From NCBI GenBank assembly GCA_015063535.1, contig SVTY01000005.1, positions 23,808-87,807 of the forward strand: a DNA stretch of 64,000 bases, given 5' to 3'. A program made the position numbers and the translations under genes. The notes beneath the pieces were generated by a model. It worked only from the letters and a program-made list of their open reading frames with translations, was not told where the DNA came from and ran no database searches. Each line of letters opens with the position of its first letter. The first letter of the stretch is position 1. The stretch is from Oscillospiraceae bacterium. GTDB taxonomy: Bacteria; Bacillota; Clostridia; Oscillospirales; CAG-272. Of this stretch, positions 18,158-28,695 are shown one piece after another.

Positions 18158-19543
18158 TTATGATTGTTCATTGAGAATCGCTCTGCCCATCAGGTCATAA
18201 TCCAACACCTCACGGAGCTTCACCTGCACGAAGGAACCCGGTGCGATCCGCCGCTCGGAGCGGAAATATACCTTTCCGTCGATCTCGGGGGCGTCGGAAG
18301 CACTTCTGCCAAAATGGATCTGCCCCACAGGGTCGTAATCCTCACACAGCACCGTCACCGTCTTTCCGATCTGAGAGGCATTGTACGCCTCGTGAATGTC
18401 CATCTGCTCCTGCATAACAAGATCGGCTCTGTCCTGCTTTACCTGCTCGTCGATCTGGTCGGGCAGATCATAGGCGGCAGTTCCCTCCTCTCTCGAATAG
18501 GGGAACACGCCCACTCGTTCAAACTTCATTTCCTTGACGAACTCGCACAGCTCCTCAAAGTCTTCCTCGGTCTCACCCGGAAAGCCCGTAATGAAGGTGG
18601 TTCGAATGACGATACCCGGAATTTCTCTGCGAAGGGTCTCCACCACCTCTCGGATCATTGCTCCGTCTCCGTGGCGGTTCATTGCCTTCAGCACTGAGTC
18701 GCTGATGTGCTGCATGGGCAGGTCGATATACTTCAAGATTCTGGGGTTATCCCGCATCTCCGCCACAAGCTCGGGCGTGATCTTGTCAGGATAGCAGTAC
18801 AGCAAACGAATCCAAGGGATCGTGGTTTCCTCTGTCAATCTGTGCAACAGCTCCGCCAAGCGGTAAGAGCCGTACAGATCCTGTCCGTAGCGGGTAATGT
18901 CCTGTGCCACGATGTTCAGCTCCCGAACGCCGAGTGCCTCCAACTGCTTCGCCTCGGCAACCAAGTCCTCCATAGGACGGCTTCGGAATCTTCCCCGAAT
19001 GGAGGGGATAGCACAGTAGGCACACCGATTGTCACACCCCTCGGCGATCTTCAGATACGCCGTATATTCGGGCGTGGTCAGAATACGGTCGCCGCCAAGG
19101 CGCACCGTTTCCTTATCCTCAAAGGAGGTATATTTCCGCTTGGAGCCCTTCTTTTTCTTCACCGTCACCGCCTCAATGGCTTCCACGATGTTGTGAATGC
19201 TCCCCACGCCGAGAACGGCATCTACCTCGGGCAGCTCGGTCAAAAGCTCCTCCCGATACCGTTCGGCGAGACAGCCCGTCACCACGATGGCACGCAGACT
19301 GCGGTGTTTTTTCAGCCACGCTATATCCAATATATTCTCAATGGATTCCTTTTTAGCACTTTCAATGAATCCGCAGGTGTTGATGATTACCACATCCGCC
19401 TCGGTCTCGTCGGGGGTGATCTCGTATCCCGCTGTGGCGACCTCATACAGCATGACCTCGGTATCCAGCTGATTTTTGGGACAGCCGAGGGAAACAAATC
19501 CGACCTTCACGTTCTTCTCCTTTATGACTCTCTCGTCGGGCAA
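18158..19543 (-). CDS. rimO: Ribosomal protein S12 methylthiotransferase RimO
   Basis: N-terminal UPF0004 domain (VGFVSLGCPKNQLDTE), radical-SAM CDNRCAYC, C-terminal TRAM. Confidence 0.85.
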   Translation of the reverse strand: MPDERVIKEKNVKVGFVSLGCPKNQLDTEVMLYEVATAGYEITPDETEADVVIINTCGFIESAKKESIENILDIAWLKKHRSLRAIVVTGCLAERYREELLTELPEVDAVLGVGSIHNIVEAIEAVTVKKKKGSKRKYTSFEDKETVRLGGDRILTTPEYTAYLKIAEGCDNRCAYCAIPSIRGRFRSRPMEDLVAEAKQLEALGVRELNIVAQDITRYGQDLYGSYRLAELLHRLTEETTIPWIRLLYCYPDKITPELVAEMRDNPRILKYIDLPMQHISDSVLKAMNRHGDGAMIREVVETLRREIPGIVIRTTFITGFPGETEEDFEELCEFVKEMKFERVGVFPYSREEGTAAYDLPDQIDEQVKQDRADLVMQEQMDIHEAYNASQIGKTVTVLCEDYDPVGQIHFGRSASDAPEIDGKVYFRSERRIAPGSFVQVKLREVLDYDLMGRAILNEQS

Positions 19544-19632
19544 AAGCCCAACTGTTTTTCTCTTTTTATGATATCACATTGCGCCGCTTCTGTCAAGCGG
19601 ATTTCGCATTTTTCCAAATACTTGCGGTCGCC

Positions 19633-20319
19633 TTACCGTGCGGGAAATACCGACAGCAAATCCAGAGGCTTTGAGACGGTCACATCGGCATTCTCTGCCA
19701 AAATCGCCTCTCGGCTCCGATAGCCCCACAGACAGCCCACGCTCCGCATGCCCGCATTCTTCGCCGTGCGGATATCCACCTCACTGTCTCCGATCATAAC
19801 GCACTGCTCGGGTGCCAGCCCAAGGCTCTGAGCCATACGAAGCGGCACGGCGGGGTCGGGCTTTTTGGGCAGATCGGTCTGACCCGCCACCAAGCAGAAC
19901 AGCTCCCTGTCGAACAGCTCCGCCGCCAGATCTTTCACATAGGCATCCTGCTTGTTGGACAGCACCGCCAAGAGGTATCCCCGCTCCTTCAGCACAGCCA
20001 AGGTCTCTGCCATACCCTCATATACATGGGAATGGCGGAAGGTCTGCTCATACAGACGGTCGTAGTCGGCAAATACCCGCCCGACAAGCTCGGTATCCCT
20101 TGCCGCCTCCTTGGGCATGGAACGGCGGATCAGCTCCCTCGCTCCGTTTCCGATAGCGCACCGAACCTCCTCCGTGCTCCGCCGTGGGTATCCGTATCGC
20201 TCCATGGCAAGATTCACGCCGTCCCGAATGCCCTCCAGCGTATCGGCAAGGGTTCCGTCCAGATCAAAGATCAACAACGCCGCCGTCCGCATGATTTTTT
20301 CTGTCTCTTTTTGTCTCAT
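19633..20319 (-). CDS. HAD-IA hydrolase, phosphoglycolate-phosphatase-like
   Basis: LIFDLDGTLADT, SNK, GDSEVD motifs. Start moved to ATG 20319 (AAGGAG 5 nt upstream). Confidence 0.75.
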   Translation of the reverse strand: MRQKETEKIMRTAALLIFDLDGTLADTLEGIRDGVNLAMERYGYPRRSTEEVRCAIGNGARELIRRSMPKEAARDTELVGRVFADYDRLYEQTFRHSHVYEGMAETLAVLKERGYLLAVLSNKQDAYVKDLAAELFDRELFCLVAGQTDLPKKPDPAVPLRMAQSLGLAPEQCVMIGDSEVDIRTAKNAGMRSVGCLWGYRSREAILAENADVTVSKPLDLLSVFPAR

Positions 20320-20553
20320 AGCCGCTCCTTTTGTCGTTCTCGACTTATTATTATACCACATCTTTTCCACCCTGTCAACAAAAATCCGTGACACGATCCT
20401 ATCTTTCTCCCTCTTTTTTGCGAAAATGCACAACATCTTTTTTACAAGACTTTGAAAAATCGTCGTTTCTCATCTTTATTCTAAGAAAAAAATGTGGTAT
20501 AATAATAAATTGTGAGAAAAAAGAAACCGATCTGCGCAAAAAGGAGAAAAAAA

Positions 20554-22389
20554 GTGATTCGAACCGATTTACGAAATGTTGCCATTATTGCCCACGTTGA
20601 CCACGGCAAGACCACCTTGGTCGATGAAATGCTCAAGCAAGGAGGCATTTACCGAGAAAAGCAGGAGACTGTGACCCGTGTCATGGACTCGGGCGACCTG
20701 GAAAAGGAACGAGGCATTACCATTTTGGCGAAAAATACCGCCGTTCATTACAAGGATGTAAAGATCAACATTGTTGATACCCCCGGACACGCCGACTTCG
20801 GCGGAGAGGTGGAGCGGATCTTGAAAATGGTCAACGGCGTTCTGCTGCTGGTCGATGCCGCCGAGGGCCCCATGCCACAGACCCGCTTTGTTTTGCAACG
20901 GGCTTTGGAGCTGAATCACCGTGTCATCATCGTCATCAACAAGATCGACAAGCCAGATGCGAGACTTGGCGAGGTAGAGGACGAAATTTTGGAGCTTCTG
21001 ATCGACCTGAACGCCTCCGATGAGCAGTTGGACAGCCCCATGCTGTACTGTTCGGGCAGAGCGGGCACCGCCACTGAGGATCCCGATATTGCGGGAACCG
21101 ACCTGACCCCTCTGTTTGAAAAGATCCTAAGCTACATGCCCGCCCCCGAGGGAGACGAGGAGGGAGAGCTTCAGCTACTGGTCTCCTCCATTGATTACAG
21201 CGACTATGTGGGACGCATCGGCATCGGACGGATCGAGAGAGGCTCGATCCGTGCGGGACAGGATGCCTATGTTTGCAACTATCACGGCAATCACGCTCCC
21301 AAACGGACACGCATCGTCTCGCTGTATCAAATCGACGGTCTTGCCCGTGTTCCCGCCGAGACGGCAAAAATGGGCGATATCGTCTGCTTCTCGGGTGCCG
21401 AGGATATTACCATCGGTGATACCATCACCGGGCTAAATGCTCCCGAGCCCTTGGAATTTGTAAAGGTCAGCGAGCCGACTCTTGAAATGACCTTCTCGGT
21501 CAATGACAGCCCCTTTGCCGGTAAGGAGGGGAAATTTGTCACCTCCCGTCAGCTTCGTGACCGTCTGTACAAGGAACTGCTCAAGGATGTTTCCCTCCGT
21601 GTAGAGGACGGCGAGACCACCGAGGAATTCAAGGTGGCGGGCAGAGGCGAGATGCACCTGTCCATCCTCATCGAGACCATGCGCCGTGAGGGCTACGAAA
21701 TGACCTGCTCCAATCCCCGCGTGCTCTTTAAGGAGATCGACGGCGTCAAGTGTGAGCCAATGGAGCATGTGACCTTGGACGTTCCCTCCGAATACGTGGG
21801 CGCCGTGGTAGAAAAACTGGGACAGAGAAAGGGCGACCTGCTGGAAATGAACCCTGTGGGAAACCGCATGCGGATCGAATATTCCATTCCCTCCCGCTGT
21901 CTGTTCGGCTACCGCTCCGAATTTCTGACCGCCACCCGTGGCGAGGGCATTATGAACACCCTGTTTGACGGCTATCAGCCCTACCGCGGAGAGGTCATCA
22001 TGCGCTTTACCGGTTCCCTTGTGGCATCCGAAACGGGAGAAACGACCCGTTACGGACTGTATAACACCCAAGAGCGTGGCAACCTGTTCGTAGGGCCGCA
22101 GACCCCTGTCTATGAGGGCATGATCGTGGGAGAGAACCCCAAGAACGACGACATTGCCGTGAACCCCTGTAAGAAAAAGCAGCTGACCGCCATCCGCTCC
22201 GCAGGTGCCGACGAAAAGCTGTTGCTGACCCCGCCCGTGATCTTCAGTTTGGAGGAAGCAATCGAGTTTATCACCGATGACGAGCTGATCGAGGTCACCC
22301 CCAAATCCATCCGTCTAAGAAAAAAGATCCTGAATACCGAGCTTCGCATGAAAGCCATGATGAAAGCCCGTCGGGAGGCCGGAAAATAA
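20554..22389 (+). CDS. typA: Translational GTPase TypA/BipA
   Basis: [36 protein letters not shown] start 20554 with AAGGAG 7 nt upstream. Confidence 0.9.
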   Translation: MIRTDLRNVAIIAHVDHGKTTLVDEMLKQGGIYREKQETVTRVMDSGDLEKERGITILAKNTAVHYKDVKINIVDTPGHADFGGEVERILKMVNGVLLLVDAAEGPMPQTRFVLQRALELNHRVIIVINKIDKPDARLGEVEDEILELLIDLNASDEQLDSPMLYCSGRAGTATEDPDIAGTDLTPLFEKILSYMPAPEGDEEGELQLLVSSIDYSDYVGRIGIGRIERGSIRAGQDAYVCNYHGNHAPKRTRIVSLYQIDGLARVPAETAKMGDIVCFSGAEDITIGDTITGLNAPEPLEFVKVSEPTLEMTFSVNDSPFAGKEGKFVTSRQLRDRLYKELLKDVSLRVEDGETTEEFKVAGRGEMHLSILIETMRREGYEMTCSNPRVLFKEIDGVKCEPMEHVTLDVPSEYVGAVVEKLGQRKGDLLEMNPVGNRMRIEYSIPSRCLFGYRSEFLTATRGEGIMNTLFDGYQPYRGEVIMRFTGSLVASETGETTRYGLYNTQERGNLFVGPQTPVYEGMIVGENPKNDDIAVNPCKKKQLTAIRSAGADEKLLLTPPVIFSLEEAIEFITDDELIEVTPKSIRLRKKILNTELRMKAMMKARREAGK

Positions 22390-22522
22390 AAGCCTGCGGA
22401 CGGGTATGACCGACAACGAGGCAAGCGTGACATAGCATACAACGATACCGTGAATAAAAGCCCCTTGTGCGACCTTGAAGGCGTTTTCAAGCGTCCGCTC
22501 CTGGGGCTTTTGTTTTTTGGTC

Positions 22523-23311
22523 TTATATGAATCGACTATCGTCCTTCAGGCTTTTTTGATATACCCTCTTATACAACCTAGACAAATAATTCTCGTCGCA
22601 AAAGCCGATCTTCTCGGCGATAGCGCTCATGGTATGCCCACTCTGGTACAGTCTGCGCGCCTCGTGAAATCGCAGGCGATTTCTGTATGCGATGGGGGAC
22701 ATTCCCGTTGTTTCCAAAAATTTTTTTCTGAAATAGCTCTCGCTCAGATTGCACACACGGGCATATTGGGCGACCGGGCAATTTTCCTTGTAGTGCTCCG
22801 CGATATAGGCAAGAGCGGGTGCGATGAGCCTGGTCGTGGAAGCAGGAGTCATCAGCTCCCAGAGAAAGGCATAAAGGATCTCCAGCGCCAAAATTTTCTG
22901 TCTGAGCCGCTGGGTGGGCATGGTATTACACAAATGATACAGATCAAAAAATTTGGTTTCTATCTCGCTTTTCGTATAGGTTCTGATCTGATATACCGTC
23001 CGCGGGATCCCCTCCAGTAACTCCGGCTGTAAAGAAAACAGAAGCGTTACGCCCTCGCAAGACTCCTCGGCTCTTGTCACGTAATTCGTTCCGTCGGGAA
23101 TAAAAACCACCGTATATTCCTCAAATACCTGGCGCTTTCCGTGATATATATACCCCCGCTTGCCCCGAAGCATGAAATGGATGATATTTCTTTCCCTGCC
23201 TCGCGTCGAATAATCCACCACGTTTCCCGGAGAAAATCGAAAATAATTGCAATTGATCCGCTTGGGTTCAATATCGCTGTGCAAAAGAAACTCCAGCTCT
23301 TGCTGCTTCAT
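22523..23311 (-). CDS. AraC-family transcriptional regulator
   Basis: N-terminal cupin-like domain. C-terminal double HTH (..VCNLSESYFRKKFLETTGMSPIAYRNRLRFHEARRL..). Divergent from the sugar operon. Confidence 0.85.
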   Translation of the reverse strand: MKQQELEFLLHSDIEPKRINCNYFRFSPGNVVDYSTRGRERNIIHFMLRGKRGYIYHGKRQVFEEYTVVFIPDGTNYVTRAEESCEGVTLLFSLQPELLEGIPRTVYQIRTYTKSEIETKFFDLYHLCNTMPTQRLRQKILALEILYAFLWELMTPASTTRLIAPALAYIAEHYKENCPVAQYARVCNLSESYFRKKFLETTGMSPIAYRNRLRFHEARRLYQSGHTMSAIAEKIGFCDENYLSRLYKRVYQKSLKDDSRFI

Positions 23312-23485
23312 CGGTCACACTCCTTTAAAATCATCTTTTTTTGCTATTTTTTATTATAGCAAACCGATGCTTCCTTGTCAATACGGTTTTCAAAAAAATC
23401 GAATCATACAGAAAGACAATCAAAAACTCCCTTGTCTTTTCGCTAGCGTCATGGTATAATGATCAAAAAACGAGGAGGCATGATC

Positions 23486-24337
23486 ATGCGTTACGGAACA
23501 TTAGTACGGCTGGAAGAGGGGTGTGAGCTTTCCACCGCCTGCCGGGAAAAATTTGAGGGGCTTCGCTCAATGGGCATGGATTCCTGTCAGCTTATTTACA
23601 AGCCGGCTGTCTATGAGCTATCCCATGCCGACGTCATCCGAGACGCCGCCGAAGCCGCTGGCATTGAGCTATCGGCGATGTTTTGCGGATATTACGACCG
23701 GAACAATCTTTGGGATAATCAATTCGATCTGATCCTTGCGGGAATCAACTCCCCGATTTTCGGGGCTGACCGCATCAAGTATCTGCTTTCGGCCATTCCC
23801 TTTTTGCAAAGACTGGGGGTGACCGATATGGTCATCCATGCCGGATTTCTACCCAATCACACCCACGACAGCGGATATTCTCTGATGCGCGCTGCCGTGG
23901 CACTGCTGGGCACACGCCTCAAGGAGGCTGGCTGTAATCTGCTGTTTGAGACGGGGATGGAATCGCCCATCGCGCTTCTGAACCTCATCAGCGATTGCGG
24001 CTTGGACAATCTTTACGTAAATCTGGATACCGCCAATTTCATCATTTACGGCTACGGAAATCCGGTGGACGCCATGTACACGATTGGCTCTTATGTCAGA
24101 AATGTCCACGCCAAAGACGCCATGCCGCCCACGATGCCACATTCCAGAGGAAAAGAGGTCCCTGTCGGGACGGGGCTGGTTGATTTTGAGCGGATATTCG
24201 ACCTACTGTACCGTCAAGGATACGACCGCTTTATCACGATCGAGCGGGAGATCCGCGACGCAAAGCAGGAGGAAGGGATCGCGGAGGCGCTACACTACTT
24301 AAAAAAGATTGAGGAAAAGGTAAAGGTGGGACAATGA
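23486..24337 (+). CDS. Sugar phosphate isomerase/epimerase (xylose-isomerase-like TIM barrel)
   Basis: About 283 aa. Pattern ..MVIHAGF.., ..LLFETGMES.., ..LYVNLDTANF.. of the AP endonuclease 2/XI-like TIM family. GAGGAGG 7 nt before ATG 23486. Confidence 0.7.
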   Translation: MRYGTLVRLEEGCELSTACREKFEGLRSMGMDSCQLIYKPAVYELSHADVIRDAAEAAGIELSAMFCGYYDRNNLWDNQFDLILAGINSPIFGADRIKYLLSAIPFLQRLGVTDMVIHAGFLPNHTHDSGYSLMRAAVALLGTRLKEAGCNLLFETGMESPIALLNLISDCGLDNLYVNLDTANFIIYGYGNPVDAMYTIGSYVRNVHAKDAMPPTMPHSRGKEVPVGTGLVDFERIFDLLYRQGYDRFITIEREIRDAKQEEGIAEALHYLKKIEEKVKVGQ

Positions 24338-25098
24338 GCAAAATACGGGTGTTGGTATGGAATGAAAATTATCATGAGCAGGTCAGCGAAGCAATCGCCG
24401 CGATCTATCCGCGTGGAATCCATACGACCATTGCCGAGGGTTTATCTACCGATCCCGACTTAACGGTTTCTACGGCAACGATGGATATGGAGGAATTCGG
24501 ATTGAGCGAGGAGGCGCTCGCCCAAACTGATGTTTTGATCGTTTGGGCGCATCATCGGCACGGGGAGCTCCCCGACGAGATTGCGACGCGTGTTCAGCAA
24601 CGGGTGCTGGACGGAATGGGCTTTTTGGTTCTCCATTCAGCGCATCTGTGCAAGCCATTCGTCCGACTGATGGGGACAGTATGCCGCTCCCGCTGGCGGG
24701 AAAACGATGAAAAGGAACGTCTTTGGGTCATCGAGCAGGGGCATCCCATTGCCGAGGGCCTACCCGCTTATCTGGAGTTTGAGGAGGAGGAAACCTACGG
24801 GGAGCGATTTGATATTCCCACGCCCGACGAGCTGGTCTTTATCAGCTGGTTCTCGGGAGGCGAGGTCTTTCGTTCGGGCTGTTGCTTCTACCGAGGCAAG
24901 GGAAAGATCTTTTATTTCCGTCCCGGGCACGAGGCATATCCCACCTATTACAGAGAGGACGTTCGCCGTATTCTTATCAACGCGGTGAAATGGGCCCGAC
25001 CAATCAACGGACCGGCTCACGCCTTCGGACATCATCCCGTCCCGCTGGAGAATATCCGCATCCAGGATCACAGCGATGAAATTCACCCAACACTTTAA
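24334..25098 (+). CDS. ThuA-domain protein (trehalose-utilisation ThuA-like)
   Basis: MSKIRVLVWNENYHE..., LIVWAHHRHGELPDE, GFLVLHSAH, FYFRPGHE. ATGA overlap with the upstream gene. Confidence 0.75.
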   Translation: MSKIRVLVWNENYHEQVSEAIAAIYPRGIHTTIAEGLSTDPDLTVSTATMDMEEFGLSEEALAQTDVLIVWAHHRHGELPDEIATRVQQRVLDGMGFLVLHSAHLCKPFVRLMGTVCRSRWRENDEKERLWVIEQGHPIAEGLPAYLEFEEEETYGERFDIPTPDELVFISWFSGGEVFRSGCCFYRGKGKIFYFRPGHEAYPTYYREDVRRILINAVKWARPINGPAHAFGHHPVPLENIRIQDHSDEIHPTL

Positions 25099-25130
25099 TA
25101 AAAATTAATAAATACGGAGGAATACAAGTT

Positions 25131-26189
25131 ATGAAAAAAGTAAAAATCGGCATCATCGGTGTCGGAGGAATCGGCAAGGGCAGGCACCTCAGAGAAATGC
25201 TTCAATGCGCAGACGCGGATGTCGTGGCGCTTTGCGATATTGACCCGGCGAGATTGGAGGAGGCGAGAGAGCTGGCAGGCCTTTCCAAGGAGCAATGCTA
25301 TACGGATTACAGAGCCTTGATCGCGGACGCTAACGTAGAAGCGGTGGAGGTCTGTACACCCAACTATCTCCACGCTGAAATGGCGATTGCCGTCCTAAAC
25401 GCGGGAAAATATCTGAATCTAGAAAAGCCAGTGGCCATGAATTACCGGGAAGCGATAGCGATCACAGAGGCGGAAAGGACAAGTGCGGCCTTCGGAATGA
25501 CGAGCTTTACCTACCGCTTTATGCCTGCCGTCCGATACGCGTTGCATTTGATGAAGGATCGTATCATCGGTGACGTTGTTGGCTTGAACATCACCTATGC
25601 CAAGGACAGCGCCTTTTGGGAGGACAGACGCCTGGAATGGAGATTTGTCAAAGAATATGCTGCATCGGGCGTAGCGGGGGATCTTGGCGTACACCTTGTG
25701 GATTTAGCACAGATACTGGCGGGCGAGATCCGTGAGCTTTGCGCCATAACGGAAACCACGATAAAAGAGCGAAAAACGCTTGACGGCCGTGCCACGGCTC
25801 CCGTAGAGACCGATGACATTTGCTTCTTCCTTGCCCGTTTCCAAAGCGGAGCGGTAGGAACCTTCCACGTCACCCGCTCCGCCATCGGGCATAAAAATAC
25901 TATCCGGTACGATGTGTACGGAACCAAGGGAAGCATCAGCTTTTTACTGAACAAGCAGGTTCCCGATTCCATTATTCTTTGTACGGGAGAGGGAGATCCG
26001 AAGACCTTTGAGACCAAAGAGATCGCAGTCCCTAAGGAATTTTATCTGTCGCAGGCCCAGGGCTTTGTCAACGCGATCAAGGGAGAAAGAGACGCAATCT
26101 TCCCCACACTGTCCGACGGCGCGCAGGGGCAGCGAGTCATTGACGCGATCCTTGATTCGGCCCAGCAACATCGGTGGGTATCGCTATGA
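25131..26189 (+). CDS. Gfo/Idh/MocA-family NAD(P) oxidoreductase
   Basis: MKKVKIGIIGVGGIGKGRHL Rossmann N-terminus, EKP motif (LNLEKPVA). Confidence 0.85.
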   Translation: MKKVKIGIIGVGGIGKGRHLREMLQCADADVVALCDIDPARLEEARELAGLSKEQCYTDYRALIADANVEAVEVCTPNYLHAEMAIAVLNAGKYLNLEKPVAMNYREAIAITEAERTSAAFGMTSFTYRFMPAVRYALHLMKDRIIGDVVGLNITYAKDSAFWEDRRLEWRFVKEYAASGVAGDLGVHLVDLAQILAGEIRELCAITETTIKERKTLDGRATAPVETDDICFFLARFQSGAVGTFHVTRSAIGHKNTIRYDVYGTKGSISFLLNKQVPDSIILCTGEGDPKTFETKEIAVPKEFYLSQAQGFVNAIKGERDAIFPTLSDGAQGQRVIDAILDSAQQHRWVSL

Positions 26190-27100
26190 TCGGCTATCTT
26201 CACCTCGCTTTGGTGCTGGTCTGCGGGGCGACCAAGGGCTTTTGCGGCAAAAAAGCATCTCACATCGCAACAGGCCTGTCGGACACGGTATGGATCAATC
26301 TCCTGCGAATGGTACTCTGCGTCCTCATTGGCGGCGCTCTGACCACGGTATCCAGCGGCATAGACGCCTTTGCCGTTTCCGCCGCCGAGCTTGGCACGGC
26401 ATTTCTTTCGGGCATATCCGGTGCCGTGTTCGTCATTTGCTGGATGCTGTCCGTCCGATGTGGTGCGTACATGATGGTAGAAGTATGCCTGCTGTTGGGA
26501 AGCCTTGTACCAATCTTTTTCAGCGTGGTCCTATACCAGGAAGCCCTTTCCGCTTTTCAACTGCTCGGCATCCTGTTGCTTGTGGTAGCGGTCTACATCA
26601 TCAGCACCTATAACACGTCTCTGAAGAACAAGTTATCCGTGGGAGCGGTCCTGCTTCTGTTCTTATGCGGCCTTGCCAACGGTACTGCGGATCTTTCACA
26701 AAAGCTGTTCGTGAAGAATTTTCCGGACAGCTCTGTTCCAGTATTTCAATTTTACAGCTTTGTGGTCTCCTCTCTTGTTTTGCTTATCTTGTACGGATGC
26801 CTTGTGTACAAGAAGAAAAGAACCGCACCGGATGAGGTGTCTATCTTGAAAGCAGGCAGGCTCCGGTCGGTGATCGGATACATCATCGTGATGGCGGTTT
26901 GCCTATTTCTGCATTCCTATTTTAAGACGCTTGCCGCCGCCCATCTCGACTCGGTCAAGCTGTATCCTCTCACACAGGGTGGCGCGATCATCGCTTCGCT
27001 GTTTATGTCCCATATATTCTTTAAGGAACGGATCACTCCCCGCTGTGTATTGGGGGTCTGTATTGCGTTCGGGGCCATGCTACTGATCAACTTTGCCTGA
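26186..27100 (+). CDS. DMT-superfamily (EamA/sugar-transporter-like) permease
   Basis: About 304 aa, about 10 TM segments in two halves. ATGA overlap with the oxidoreductase gene. Confidence 0.6.
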   Translation: MIGYLHLALVLVCGATKGFCGKKASHIATGLSDTVWINLLRMVLCVLIGGALTTVSSGIDAFAVSAAELGTAFLSGISGAVFVICWMLSVRCGAYMMVEVCLLLGSLVPIFFSVVLYQEALSAFQLLGILLLVVAVYIISTYNTSLKNKLSVGAVLLLFLCGLANGTADLSQKLFVKNFPDSSVPVFQFYSFVVSSLVLLILYGCLVYKKKRTAPDEVSILKAGRLRSVIGYIIVMAVCLFLHSYFKTLAAAHLDSVKLYPLTQGGAIIASLFMSHIFFKERITPRCVLGVCIAFGAMLLINFA

Positions 27101-27168
27101 CCCTCAAAATTCAACGTGCCCCCTGTCAAGCCGACAGGGGGCACGTGTCTCAAAGGCGGTTCGCTTGT

Positions 27169-28506
27169 TTATTCGATCACCAGTGTATTGACATTATTTT
27201 TGTCAGAGCGCAAAGAAATTTCCTTGATAACGGTCTTACCATCGGCAGTAATCTCCAAATCGTATGTGCCGAAAAAGCCTCGGAATCCTGCCGTTCCGTT
27301 CTCGGCGGTGGCACATTCGGTCTCGGTATGCCATTCTTTGGTAAACAGCTCCTTCAGCACCCGATAGGCGGGCTTTTCGCTCAGATCGAAGCGCAAAAGT
27401 CCTCCGTAATATACATTTTCGCCCACGCTCATGTCGCCCGGCTCCGCCTTCCATGCGTAACCGTCCACCAGATTCCAGTAGATTGCCGCCTCCATGGCAG
27501 GGTGACTAAAGAACACCGAGTACAGATTCCGCACAAGCTCCGCCTGCACCGCCTCATCTTCCTCACTGTTCGAAAAGGCGGGAATGGTCATTTCGGTGAT
27601 CTGAAGCTTTTTGCCCAAGGTCGCATACAGATCCATCACCTCATAGAGATACACGGGGTCATAGCGGTACTTCGCCACCCAATCCTCCTTTTCCTTTGGG
27701 AAAAAGCTGTGGAACTGCATACCGATGGAATCCAAGTGAGCAATGCCCTTGTAGAGCAACCGCTCGATCTGCATAAAATACGGACTGCGGTACTCCCGAT
27801 ACTGCTTGGGATCAAAAACGAAATAGTCATTGATGATGAGCCGATTGTTTGGCAGATACTTGTCCGCCGTGCGGAAGCTCCATTCCACAAAATCAGGCTC
27901 CTTGTAAAATTTGGTCTGATAGTAATTGCCCAGCGTTTTGAAGGTCTCGTTGGTCACCTCCCAAGAGGGGATCACATCGGCATACCGCTCCGCCAGCTCC
28001 CGCATACGCTTCTCCAAAAGCCGCTTATGAGTATCCACATCCACATCCTTCACCCAATCGGGCGAAAAATTGTCGTAATTCAGACAGTGGAGCTTCGGCT
28101 CGATCCCGTTTGCCAGACAAAACTCCACGCACGGATCGGTAGCAGGTCTGCGGTAGATTTTCGGACTATCTGCCCCATAGCGTGGCTTTCCCTGCTCGGG
28201 CTCCAAGGTGTTCCAATAAAACGGAAGGGTCGCCAGATTAAACAAGCCGCTGAATTTTTCCTTGTACAGCTGATTCTTGGTTTGGTTTTCGAACTCATCC
28301 AGCATAAAAATGTTAGCACCGTACTTAAATTCGTGTGTCTTTTGCTTGGCTCGGATCACCGCATGGGGAATGGGGGCACCCTCCCGATCGGTCAGAGTAA
28401 GGGTCGCAGTTCCCTTGCGATACCGCTCGATCCCGTTTTGAACGGTGTACTGCATAAAGTCCCGATTTTCATCAAAATACTTCAGTGCGATTTCTCTGCG
28501 TGTCAT
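27169..28506 (-). CDS. GH10-like glycoside hydrolase without signal peptide
   Basis: WNTLEPEQG, SWEVTNET (acid/base, cf. WDVVNE), INDYF, IGMQFH, LQITEMTI (nucleophile, cf. ITELDI). C-terminal beta-rich extension. N-terminus MTRREIALKYF is not a signal sequence. Confidence 0.7.
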   Translation of the reverse strand: MTRREIALKYFDENRDFMQYTVQNGIERYRKGTATLTLTDREGAPIPHAVIRAKQKTHEFKYGANIFMLDEFENQTKNQLYKEKFSGLFNLATLPFYWNTLEPEQGKPRYGADSPKIYRRPATDPCVEFCLANGIEPKLHCLNYDNFSPDWVKDVDVDTHKRLLEKRMRELAERYADVIPSWEVTNETFKTLGNYYQTKFYKEPDFVEWSFRTADKYLPNNRLIINDYFVFDPKQYREYRSPYFMQIERLLYKGIAHLDSIGMQFHSFFPKEKEDWVAKYRYDPVYLYEVMDLYATLGKKLQITEMTIPAFSNSEEDEAVQAELVRNLYSVFFSHPAMEAAIYWNLVDGYAWKAEPGDMSVGENVYYGGLLRFDLSEKPAYRVLKELFTKEWHTETECATAENGTAGFRGFFGTYDLEITADGKTVIKEISLRSDKNNVNTLVIE

Positions 28507-28543
28507 GATCGTCTCCTTTTTTTATTAAGATTAAGATAGCATC

Positions 28544-28572
28544 ATTGTACCGCAAAGCGTTTGGTTTGTCAA
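28544..28572 (-). promoter_or_regulatory. Predicted sigma-A promoter of GH10-like gene
   Basis: Minus strand TTGACA-17 nt-TACAAT. Confidence 0.55.
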
Positions 28573-28660
28573 CCGCAAAACCGAACCAAAAGGTTTACAA
28601 AACGAACCTTTCTTGCCACAACATCTCTTGTTTGAAAAACATTCAAATTCATACAAGCTC

Positions 28661-28689
28661 TTGCAAAATGCGATGATCTGTGATATAAT
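28661..28689 (+). promoter_or_regulatory. Consensus extended -10 sigma-A promoter with no downstream ORF
   Basis: TTGCAA-17 nt-TATAAT with TGa immediately upstream of the -10. Confidence 0.6.
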
Positions 28690-28695
28690 AAGTGT

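Noticed and set aside
27145-28539. 464-aa plus-strand ORF
   Set aside because: Antisense shadow of the GH10-like gene, which carries the recognisable catalytic motifs.
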